Below, one piece after another: positions 1 to 11,170 of a DNA stretch of 42,971 bases. Below the pieces are notes generated by a model, which saw only the letters and a list, made by a program, of their open reading frames with translations, did not search any database and had not been told where the DNA came from. The translations under genes and the position numbers were made by a program. How positions within the stretch are numbered: the first letter of the stretch is position 1; every line of letters starts with the position of its first letter. This DNA comes from Bigelowiella natans CCMP2755 (lineage: Eukaryota; Protista; Cercozoa). Location: contig ADNK01001142.1 of the NCBI GenBank assembly GCA_000320545.1, positions 1-42,971 of the forward strand. Reading direction: 5' to 3'.

Positions 1-178
1 CCCCCAAAACCTATTGGGTTCGGGGGGAGGGGGGGGGGAGGAAAAAAATGGGGGGGCGAGGGTATACGCCTGCATTCACCTCCAAAGGGCAGTTCCAATC
101 AGGGGTCGGGGAAAAGTTTTAAGCTATTTCCATTGTTGATCCCCCCCCCCCCCCCCCCCCCCCCCAAAAAAACCTCAG

Positions 179-386
179 GCTCGGCCCCGTGTTCTGGAAT
201 GGCTATAAATACTGGGCATGTTGCAGTGAGCGAAAGGCCTACGATTGGGTAGTTTAATAGTAGTGGCGCTATTCTATGGGCGTCGTTGGAGCTGCTGGCA
301 GATTAGACAGGGAATGCTGCTTTTGATAGCAGCGTATGCACGTGCAACTAGCTCTTGCAAGCAGCCTGCCTTCACTCCTCCTGTAT

Positions 387-429
<43 letters not shown>

Positions 430-803
430 CTTTCTCTTTCTCTTTGCCTTTTCCTTCTCTGTCAGAACGATTTCATGAAAATCCCTGGCTGTCTTTGCGG
501 TAAGTAATCTTTGCATATTATACCTTCCCGTTCGAAAGCTCCCTCGTCCTCTTCCCCCCCCCCCTTTCAAATTCAAATGTGCCGTTACCAGCGCGTGTTA
601 AGACGCTGCTGCACGATTCCGCATAGGCCCTCACAGCACAAAGAAACCCGAAGGCTCGGAGCTCTTGTCGCCTACCATTATAGCTGCACGACAAGCAGAG
701 GTGACATCACGATCGAGAATAGCTGTATTTCAAAGAATAGCCTCATATCAGAGAGCACGCTGTCCACGATTCACGTATCTATACGCACGCACACTTCTCA
801 CGA

Positions 804-861
<58 letters not shown>

Positions 862-1045
862 GTGGATATGAACTACCTAACCAGTTGGAAGCAAAGAAGA
901 GAGCCGCTCAGCCTCAACTCAATGATATTAACGCGTAAGTAGAAGTAGTAGTGGTAGTAGTAGTAGTAGTAGTAATAGTAGTAGTAGTAGCACTAGTCGT
1001 CGTCGTTGTTGTAGTTGTTGTTGTGTTATTGGATAGTAATAGTTC

Positions 1046-1080
<35 letters not shown>

Positions 1081-1158
1081 ATATTTTTACAGCATCAGAT
1101 CTTACCTCCGCAATTGTTTTAATAATAATCGTAAACGTGTGGATGATATATAGATTGA

Positions 1159-1192
<34 letters not shown>

Positions 1193-1196
1193 CATA

Positions 1197-1231
<35 letters not shown>

Positions 1232-1929
1232 CGTGTTATTGTGTCCACATACCGTACAGCTACATGAAAGAGTCGAAGAAAGCGGAAAAACCGAAGAAGA
1301 AGCCAGCCAAGAAGAAGGAGATATTGCCAGAAGGCCAAAAACGGTGTGGAGGATTATGACGATTGATTGATAACTTTTGTTTATTTGTGTATTTTATTGG
1401 TCGCTTCCTGGCGGTATGAGAGAGATGCTGTATAAAACATCGTCGCCAGCTCTATATGTGCTGTAGTTTGGTTCGGCGTTTGCTCGTCGTTCTTGCATGG
1501 TGGGTGGCGCTCTGTGTTTGATACCGTATGCTGTTGTCGTTGTTGTTGTTGTTTTTTGTTATTGTTGTTGTTGTTGTGTAGGTGTGTGCAAGGAGCTTTT
1601 TGTAGTGAAGGATAACCACGATAAGGTGTGTAGAAACACTCTTCCTCTTTTCTTTCTCTCACCTCTTCCACACACACACACACACACACACACAATGCTG
1701 TGCTTCCCCCCCTCTACTTCTGCTCCGTATTTCCAGGCGTGCCTGTACCATAGAGGCCAGGCGGTATTCCACGACGGGGCGAAGTATTGGACATGCTGTA
1801 GTGAGGATAGGAAGGCCTACGACTGGGACCAGTAATATGAATAAGAACAACAACGACAACAACAACAACAACAACAACAGCCTCACACACACAGTCACTT
1901 GTGCATGTATCTACATTATAGATGTATAT

Positions 1930-1966
<37 letters not shown>

Positions 1967-2189
1967 CTAAATGCATAAATAGTGTATTTGGGTGCTGCCT
2001 ATGGAAGATTCTATATATCGTCCTCGCTTAGTCTACACGATACAAGTCTCACGTATTCATCGTCTCTTACCCTCCCCTCCTCCTCCCCAACTCATTAGGT
2101 TTATGAAGATCAAGCCGTGCAGCTTGGGGCGTCATTGGGATGGCGAAGGCGACAACCCCAACGAATTAAACTGCAAAACGTGCAAATAA
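179..2189 (+). CDS. Protein with two CHORD-type Cys/His zinc-binding domains (spliced, 5'-partial)
   Basis: Joined exons give GPVFWNGYKYWACCSERKAYDW|NDFMKIPGCLCG|PH, then a Lys-rich linker, then VCKELFVVKDNHDK|ACLYHRGQAVFHDGAKYWTCCSEDRKAYDWDQ|FMKIKPCSLGRH...CKTCK* (TAA 2187-2189). This matches the CHORD pattern C-x13-C-x2-H...FH-x-G-x-K-x-W-x-CC...F-x2-I-x2-C-x2-G-x-H. No C-terminal CS domain is seen. The junction at 1344-1581 is ambiguous. Confidence 0.85.
938..1232. repeat. Compound intronic microsatellite (AGT)n/(GTT)n/(CT)n/(AT)n/(GT)n, representative of dozens of intronic SSRs in the window
   Basis: Lies inside a GT...AG intron of the CHORD gene. Similar (AT)n, (AG)n, (AC)n and trinucleotide runs occur in most longer introns. 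Confidence 0.95.
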
Positions 2190-2199
2190 CTAAGTAGTG

Positions 2200-2900
2200 C
2201 ATTCCGGTAGCAGCGGGGGCTGGCTTCGTCTGGTGGAGCTATTTGTAGCTATCTAGCTATATACGTGTTTGCCAGCATGGCTCTTTATGCACGTTATACG
2301 TTTTGCTTGTAAGAATAATATGCAGCTCAAATGATCTCTCTATGCAGCACATTATTAATACTGTCATTAAAAATTGCTCCGCAGTATACCAGCTTCGTTC
2401 CTACCGGACACTCTAGCTGCTGTGTATGTGAAGGGCATGATGAAACAAACACTGCACAGCTACGACGCATGCTAGCGCACACATGCTAGCTAGCTAGCTA
2501 GTTAGCATGCGCAGATTATTGATGATGATATTGCCCGTATGTGTTTTCGAATGTTGCCAAGTTTATCTAGTACGTTATACGATCGCATGGACCAGTATGT
2601 GATACATAGCATGCATACGTGCAAACACTAGTAAATTCAGAAACCGATATATTTCGATTGATAGCTAGCCACAATCGCAGCTGCTCCAGCTCTAAAGCTA
2701 CCTAGTGCTCTATTGCTGGTCTTTACACATGTTTAGCATGCGCAAACTGAGTATATGAGCATACCACGGCAGCACAATCGACGACGCAATCGAGAATTGT
2801 TGCGACAAAGCTATCTAGCTATACCACTGCGCACTACATGAAATGTCTTAGATGTTTCTGTAGAATAGTAAAAGATGAAAACCGTTATATAAGGCGGCTA
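2200..2900. other. Intergenic tract rich in CA/TG and short palindromes (between convergent 3' ends)
   Basis: e.g. gcatgctagcgcacacatgctagctagctagctagttagcatgcgc at ~2467-2512; no long dinucleotide microsatellite and no credible ORF. Confidence 0.65.
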
Positions 2901-2913
2901 TTTCCTCACGACA

Positions 2914-3865
2914 TCAGAAAAACAAGCTCTCGAGTTCTTTAAGACTCGCTTCATTCATCATTTTCTTCCTCTTCTTCTTCTGCGTCTTTTTTTCCTCCGT
3001 CTTTTTCCTATTCGGGCGCCGTGATCTCGAGAGGCCTTTCAATACACTGAGCGGCGTAGCAGGTGTTTGTGAGTGCCGTATATCACACTCGGGGGGCAGA
3101 CGGCCCGGAGGAAACTTCCGCTCATCAGCCTTCCTATAATGTGAGGCGCTATGATCAATCCACCCCACGTTCACAACTTGCACGCCCCCCTTCCTCATCG
3201 AATCGACTACGTGGGAATGGCGATCGTGTCTATAGCTGCCCTTCATAATAATGTGCGTAATCTTGGGACGTTGTTGTTGTTGTTGTTGTTGCTGTTGTTG
3301 TTGTTGTTGTTGCTGCTGCTTAGGAATGAAGAGGAGGATTGGCCTTTGCCCGTGAAATCCTGCTTGTCGTAAGACTCGAAGCACAAAGCGCCGAACTCAC
3401 AGGCCATTCTCCACTCTCTCAGCCTGCTCAACTGTTTGTATCGATATTGCGGCTGAGCGGCAGCAGCACCGCTGTTAGCCCCCCCCCCCCCCTTTCCAAA
3501 GAGGTAAAAGGCGACTGTGCAGCCCGCAAGAACCGAGTGCCGGATATAGCGAAGTATTTCGAAGGTTGGCCGGCCTGCGAGGCGTACTCGATGCTCTTCC
3601 GTTTTCTGTAAATATCGTTGGCACTCGTCTTTTAGACGTGCCTTATTCATATATCCCTTAGACTGCTGCAGTTGATGATGAGCGGCCTTTTCTTTCTCGT
3701 CCTTCACCCCCCTGTCTTTCTCTGAGATGTCGTTACCCACGCTGTCTCCTGGTGGCGGTCTTGATGGAGCGGGGGCGGGGGGGGGGGCAGCAACACCATC
3801 GGCGCTGGGCGTGTTGGTTGATGATGTCGATAATGATGATGATGATGCTGCTGCTGCTGCTGACA

Positions 3866-3899
<34 letters not shown>

Positions 3900-5373
3900 G
3901 GATGGCAATGATGAGGGTGGAGGCTTTGGAAGGGAGCTGTCCTCTCGCACATGGCCCTCCTTCCGGTGAACATATTTCCTCTTCTTATGATGACCCTCCC
4001 CTGTTACGCCGCCGTCTTTACTCTCGACGTTTTTGCCGACGGTGTCTTTCGTTCTAGCGGGCATGGAGAGGCCCCTTCCCGTAGAAGCTGCGAGTACTGT
4101 ACTTTGCCAGTCCTTGAGAAGCGTTGGGTATTGATGGTATTGCAGAGCGTGTACAGCCTGCAAGATCGCTGTGAGCGAAAGCAATACGTTATCCTCCGGT
4201 TCCCTGGACAGTGTCTCCAGCATGCGCCGATCGAGCTCGCGAGTGGCATGCTTCTTTTTCGAGGGGTCTGCGGCGTTGAAGGCGCCCGTTTTGCGGTTGT
4301 AGACCTCGCTGAGGTTGTGGAAAAACTTGAACTGCAGGCAGGGCAGCACGTTGACTCTCTGCTCCCAGACCTCCGGTTTGTCATCGAGGACTAGGACGCA
4401 GCTCGGGTCGCAGTTGAGAAGATCCTCGAGGTTCTTCTCCTTCGGGATCTTGCCGTACCTTGGATGCACGACGTACTCGAAGTCGTTTCCAGCTACTTTC
4501 TTCTCGAATAGAGTCTTCGAGACGGGGCGACTGGGGTCTGTCTCCGGGCGGAAAAAGCAATCGTCGATCACCTCCACTACACTGTTGGCGTATTTGCGCG
4601 TGCCGTGCGTGTAGATGAAGAACGAGTAGGCGGGTCGCAGGGTGCGGAGCATGTGCATAAGCCACGGCCGGAACTTCACGTAGTAAGCGCTGTGCCCCGT
4701 GTTTGGGAGCTGGTAGAGCTCCTTCCAGAGGCTCGGGTACTCTTTGAATGCGAACACGCGTTGGTCATTTGTGGCATGGAGCAGCGTGTGGTCGATGTCC
4801 AGCACCAACGCTAATTTGCCCTGGTCCCTAAGCTTCTGCGTGAACCTCCTGCTTTGCTGATATCAAGGGAAGGGGAATTAGTCCAAGGCGAGCGTACATC
4901 ATTCTTCGGACAAGCACACAACGCATCACCTCGTTGGCGTAGTCTTGAGTCATCGTGATTCTGCATCCACCGGCGACAATTTCCTTCGTGCCCCCAGCGG
5001 GTTTGGAGATGGAAGCACCCTTGGAGGAGTCGTTTGTGCTGCCAGACGAGGAGCTTCCTGCCCCCACCTGTTAGGAGAGACCAAATTCGAAAGCAATGCT
5101 ATCACTTATAGGTTTTTCAAATGGGCCGAGGGCTTACCATTTTTCCGCAGTTGACGCACATCCCCCCAAAGATGGTGGCCGGGTGCTTGCACTGGGAAGC
5201 CATGGGGAGGAGGAGGGGAGGAGGAGCGCGTTTGGATTATGGCAGACCAGAACGACAAAGATCGACATGGAATTTCATCCAAAACGAGGGAAAACGCCCT
5301 CGATTCAATCACATATTCTCATCCGGAATTCTATTGGGAGAACGAGCTTAATATCGTTGTCGCAGAAAGCCAT
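2914..5373 (-). CDS. FCP1: RNA polymerase II CTD phosphatase, FCP1/CTDP1 family (spliced; start codon tentative)
   Basis: N-terminal exon CKHPATIFGGMCVNCGKM; HAD motif KLALVLDIDHTLLHAT (DxDxT); YVKFRP...IYTHGTRKYA; VLVLDDKPEVW; C-terminal BRCT VLAGCTVAF...EFGALC...ITHII...VVNVGWIDHS...ADERKF; stop at 2914-2916. Confidence 0.92.
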
Positions 5374-5503
5374 CGGCGGCTTTTGTGCCTCCTAAAAAGT
5401 AAGTTGTCGTAGCTTTGGATTCAAGGTCATTTTTGGTAGAAGTTTCTCGTCGCATCTTTGCTTCTGTGCTCGCTCGCTCCGTTCGCGTGAGGTGAGTCAG
5501 GGG

Positions 5504-6651
5504 ATGGCTTCCGGCGAAGCCAAGGCGGCGAAGGCTGCTGCCCAGAGCTTCAAGGTCTCTACATTTTGTGGGATGTAGATCTACAGAGAGAAGGAAAGAG
5601 ACGCGCAGAAATACACGAGAGAACAACCAAAATTGATAGTTAGGTTGATCTTCTCTACATTCGCACGTGGGGGAAAAGACGTCACCGATCCTTCTCCTGC
5701 CTAATGTATGCAGGCAGCTGTGGTGCAGATGACAACATCGAGCGACCACGAGGAGAACTTCAAGATTGCAGCCGGGTTATGCGAGGACGCAGAGAAAGAG
5801 GGTGGGATGTACCTGGAAAAATCTCCCTCCTCGCCCACATCGTCGTCATTCTTACAAGCATGCTTTGGTACTCAGGAGTCAAGCTACTTTGTTTTCCGGA
5901 ATGCTTCGCTTTCTTGGGGCTTGGGGCAGAGGAGTCGAAAGCCTTCGCGCAGAAGTTAGGCCCCGATCAATGCACCGCGTCCTCGTATCTGTGAGCCAGG
6001 ACGGCAAAAATCGCTTTTCCACGCTCGCTCACGTGCGCTTATATGTGTTATATATCGAAACGCTCTATCGTATTGATTTGTAGTCTTCGTCGATAGTCAA
6101 CGTTGCTTACGAACGATGGTGTGCATAGACTGAGCGGGGACATGCTGAAGCGGTACGCCTCTCTCGCGAAAAAGCACAAGCTCTATCTGTCTCTAGGGTG
6201 AGCTACAGGGACCGCACTCAGCGTGTAGTCGAATGATGCGATTTGCTCACTTCGATTCGTTTGCCAGATACTTAACTCTGGCTCGTTTGTCAGGGGTATT
6301 CAAGAGAAGGTCGACGATGGCCCCGACAAGATCGCGAATTCGCACGTCATCGTAGATCCGGTTCAGATCATGCGTGAGTGTGCGTTGTGGATGTGCCTGT
6401 GTGTGCGCTCGCGCGCGCGCGAGCGCGTAATCCATTGTCATACATATATGTTGGATCTAATATTAATTGCTGCCTGTACATCTTCCATTCCGTACGTGCG
6501 TTCTACTGGTAATGATGCAGGAAGGCCAGATACTCTGCAACTACCGCAAAATCCACCTATTCGATGTGGATGTACCGAACGGAAGGTATTTCGTCGGAAC
6601 ATACCATCATCAGCGCCGAATCGTCTGTGTTTGCCATGGGATTCTTTTGTA

Positions 6652-6688
<37 letters not shown>

Positions 6689-6903
6689 TTGCATCATCCA
6701 TAGGTCATTTCGTGAGAGCTCGTTCACAGTCGCCGGCAAGGAGCTTGTGGTGGTGAAGAACGATGAAGTTGGGAACCTCGGAGTCTCGGTCTGATGTAGA
6801 AGCATGTTATATCATGCAAAACTGACATGCGTTTGATTGAGTCGCAACACACATACAGCCTCCTCTCGCGCATGTTCGATAATGTGTAAACATCGTGCGT
6901 TTG

Positions 6904-6943
<40 letters not shown>

Positions 6944-7473
6944 GCTCTCTCCCTCTTTGTGTGTGTGTGTGTGTGTGTGTGATAAGTTCGTGTCTTATGT
7001 GCGGTACCGAACGAGGACATGCTGCTTCTTTGCCTCATCAATAAATAATATGAATACTCTGGTTTTTTAAGGATACGTGTAGCCCCCCCCTCTTCACTGA
7101 CACCTCGATCTTCTTCCCCCCTTCAGATTTGCTATGATGTCCGCTTCCCCGAGGTACCACTTACTACTGTTGTCAGAATAATCGAGGATGAAAACTATAT
7201 GATGACCAAACATCGCCACGGCTTTCTGCTGCTGCTGTCGCTGCTGCTTGACCCCCCCCTCCTAATGATGATACACGAAATAGATGTATGCGAAGCTTCG
7301 AGAGAGGGGAGCTCAGCTACTGCTCATACCGGCTACTTTTGCCATGAAGACAGGTCAGGAAGTACACGAGACTAGAATGATCAAGTCGCTTATGATCGAA
7401 TTTTTCCTCTTTCTCTCCATTTCTCTCTTCCTCCCTCCGCCACCCCCCCCACCTCATTTACACACACACACAC

Positions 7474-7510
<37 letters not shown>

Positions 7511-8464
7511 ATACACACATACATATATGTGCGTGTAGGTATGGCCCATTGGGAGATCTTGCTTCGATCGAGAGCAATCGAGAATCAATGCTACGTGCTA
7601 GCAGCAGCACAATCAGGAAAGCACAACGCGAAGAGGTCCCTCCCCAACCCCCTCCCCCGCACCGAAAGCCACGCCAAAATACAAAGCAAATCGTTGCTTC
7701 TTAAACGTCAATGGCGTGGTTTTTGGTGAGTTTTGACCTTCTTCCTGCTGTAGATATAAGGAGTTGAAGAAAGGACCCCCCCGCGAATCTTACGGCAACT
7801 CGTGCATCATCGATCCATGGGGTCGGACAGAGTCAATATGCTGATTTATTTGATATTGATATAAGAAATATGTATTGTTGTGTCAAGTATTCTGAAGACA
7901 TTCACATCCAACATATCGTCGCATGCACATCCCTTTTCGTTGTAGACTGCTATTGATAGCGACGGTGTATCTTTCTCTCCCTCTCCCTCTCTCTCTCTGT
8001 CTTTGTTTTCAGGAACTGTGATCGCACGGGCTTCGAACGATTCTCCCTGCTTGGTGCGTAGATCCTCTCGCAATTATTAAACTGAGCAACAATACCAACT
8101 CAACGACAAGACCCAAAATCAACAACAATAAATGCATCAGAGCTAATGAGAGCAGCCTTCCATGCATAAAAATTAACATACTTCCCGTACGATGCTGATG
8201 TGCAAATAAGGTGATCGCCAAGATCGATTTGGCGAGAGTCGGGCGCATGAGGTGATGAAAACAATTCGCTATGAATGGTGTATTGACAACGCAATGGTGG
8301 GGTGATATGGAAAATGAAATATAGCATTTAAGCTGACAATAGTTGACTTGTGATAAAAATGAAACAACAGACTGGCAATGCCCGTGTCGGAGCACCGAAG
8401 ACCAGATATCTATCATGCAACCTCTGCTGCAGAGAAAGTAGAAGGATCGCCAGCCAAACTATGA
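5504..8464 (+). CDS. NIT1: Nitrilase-superfamily amidase, NIT1 (deaminated glutathione amidase)-like (spliced)
   Basis: GT-AG joins give MASGEAK...SFK|[11 protein letters not shown]...[11 protein letters not shown]...LYLSLG|GIQE...NSHVIVDP|[19 protein letters not shown]...GVS|ICYDVRFPE|MY...[25 protein letters not shown]...[13 protein letters not shown]|TVIA...|[14 protein letters not shown]|[14 protein letters not shown]...*. The Glu-Lys-Cys catalytic triad is intact. Confidence 0.93.
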
Positions 8465-8469
8465 TGTGT

Positions 8470-9280
8470 GAGGCAAAACGTTAGGGTGAACATGTGTTCA
8501 AGCATTGGACACGGTGCGTGCAGGCTGAAATGTTCACCCATACTAGCACAATCATGTGCGTGTGCACTGCTGCTTTGCTGTGAAAACGCGCACGATGTGC
8601 ATGCATTGTGCACACCATGTTGCTGTGTCTGTCATCATCTGCAAATTGACAGGTGCAATCGCCGGCTTGCGAGCGTGTGGTCGGCCATGACCACCAAGCG
8701 TGTCCTTGCATTGGGCAGTGCTCTAGGCTTTCTAGCTTCGATCAGTGTTGTGCTCCATTTCAGCTTTGGCAGTTTCACGTGACACGTGCACGCTTGCATG
8801 TGCAACGTGCGATGCGATGCAGCTAGCTAGCAGTAGCTCACGCTTGACATTGGCATTGCTCTTGTCTGTGCAGGCTGCTGACATTAACACGCATGACGCT
8901 GGCATAGCAAGCCCATCTGGACATGACCTGGTGGCTGCGGCACTTGCGTGTGTTGACACCACATCATCAACACAAATTGCATGATCTACGATACATGCCA
9001 ATCCAATTGCTTTCGTACGTACTGAGTGAGCATGCTAGTATGCACATGCACTGTGATTGCATGTTGATGCATGCTAGCATGGCGTGCCTGCATACATCGC
9101 ACATTCAAATGCTGAAAGCAAACTTTGCATTTTAATTTATTTTGGTCATTTATTGCCATCAACGCAACATGTTCCACTTGACATGTTTCATTGTCACAGG
9201 CATCTGCCACACAATGTCACCACTGATCAGTGCACACATTGCATGTTTTCAGACACAGCATTGAGTTTGGCATTGTGATA
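8470..9280. other. Intergenic tract rich in CA/TG and short palindromes (downstream of NIT1)
   Basis: Dense CATG/TGCA/AGCT/CTAG. A hand count over 8941-9060 gives about 32 CA+TG versus 3 CC+GG in 119 dinucleotides. Confidence 0.7.
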
Positions 9281-9978
9281 AATCCCGGAAGCTGCGTATC
9301 GCCACCTTCATGCATATTTACTACCTTTATCCGCTGAATAATAAATTCATCATCATAAGGGCTCTACACATACAACGCTGTTAAAATGTCACGTGATAGA
9401 ACAAGAAAAGTAAAAATATGTGCATTGGGTTGCGCTAAGTATGACTGAAATACGACCCTAGCTATCACATAATGAGAAATCATTTCATCCTTCTCGTCCT
9501 TTAAAACCAACGTGTACAACATACACGTTTATTTTATTACTGCCCATGTTAGAAGATACCTTATTGCATTCTGCCAAATGACATTCATTTCTTCTCTGTC
9601 GGAGGGAATCCTCAAGCTCAAAAGGGAAAATCCCTACAGCAAAAGCGAATGCATTTAGTATTAGCCTTTCGATGTTCATGTAATGTACGACGACGACTGA
9701 TATGCAGCAATTTTAAATATATCTGGAGCGAAGGCGTTGTACCGGAAGTCTCATTGATGTAGTCCCTAATGAATCACATGCAAGCGATGCTGTGAGAGAG
9801 GATGTACGCGCACGAATCCGTGCGAATGCGAACAAAAAATGCATGCAAAACAGGCGCAAGAATAAATAATTGTTCAGGCAAATCGCTGGGACGAAGAACT
9901 TTCTTGCCTGAATCGAAAATCATGCTACAACAGCTACAGCAATATACATCTAAGAGCAGAGCTCCGCATTTGATCCCA

Positions 9979-10408
9979 TTACATGCAAGTATGGGGTCTT
10001 TTCCTCATCGCAATCCGCTTTAAAATGTGCAAAGCTCTCTCCATCCCGTCTCCCGGATAGTCGATATTAGAGTAGTGAAGCATGTGCTGCCGCAAACATT
10101 TACGGTTAGCTTGGATCGGTGCGTGCGTGGATATGGAAATCAAATCCTATTTTATTTTTTTTCCAACTACTTCTGTGATGCACTCTGGGTGCTTTGTGGT
10201 ACTGGAATATAAAACGTACGCTATACATAATAATGTACTGTCCTTCGTACATAACAACTAAATTTGTCATATCCATTTATATACGTGTTGTTGGGCTATA
10301 TATTGTACACGCATACGTTCCGCACAAAACCTACAAAGTTTTGAGAAATAGCTTCCTGCATTCTCCGAATTCTTTCCGGCGAAATTGCAGCTGAGAATAT
10401 GAGAGAAA

Positions 10409-10439
<31 letters not shown>

Positions 10440-10906
10440 CAAACATCTGCTACATTGTTCTCCACAACGATTTATGCAGTCGTGTGGTGACTTGTCGCAT
10501 GCATACCATCACCATCTGTTTTAGGGCAGAAGTGATTGATTTGTACACACACCGAGGGCCTCGAATAGATCGACATTTCCATTTACTACGTCGTGGCCTG
10601 CATTATATTATGTATAATTCTCTATGTGTTACGCGTAAGTAGGTGGGGGCGTGGAGAGGGGGGTTTCGCTTAATTCGCATGTGTTACTACTACTTCACGT
10701 GCTGTTCCGCACGACAAACATTGATCGCATCCTAACCTACCATTGAAGACAACAGCCATGTCCCTTTTCATGCGAGATGACCAGAGGCTCGTCCAGAAGT
10801 AGGACTACGACAAGAAAACAACGTTGGCGGAAGCAGCAGGTTCTCAAATATCAGAGTATGCTTTATTTTGACGGTTTTTAGAGCAAATATTGGACACACA
10901 CACACA

Positions 10907-10951
<45 letters not shown>

Positions 10952-11126
10952 TCACATACACGTACACACATATACACGCACAAAGGAGCACGCTTTGCGA
11001 CACTATAATGCTCACGTAACGTTTAAAACTACAAACACGTCGATCTACCCATACTCTCGCGGAGGCGAATATCACAGGAATACACCTGAGGAATACGAGT
11101 TTGCATCATATATTAATATAACATTA

Positions 11127-11170
<44 letters not shown>

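Noticed and set aside
1-178. G/C homopolymer-rich window start (and poly-G at the window end) as G-quadruplex elements
   Set aside because: Probably low-quality contig edges within introns; not interpretable.
511-1695. ORFs with poly-IY, -CV, -SL, -ER, -HT, -V, -T runs (here and throughout the track)
   Set aside because: Translations of intronic microsatellites, not proteins.
3243-3384. FCP1 as a frameshifted pseudogene or programmed frameshift
   Set aside because: All catalytic and BRCT motifs are intact, and removing a 98-nt SSR-containing intron restores the expected domain spacing.
8060-9285. Possible TIR transposon interrupting NIT1 (weak inverted similarity near 8065-8105 and 9260-9280)
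   Set aside because: The last two NIT1 exons lie at ~8210-8464 inside this span and the gene is intact; the match is short and there is no target-site duplication or transposase.
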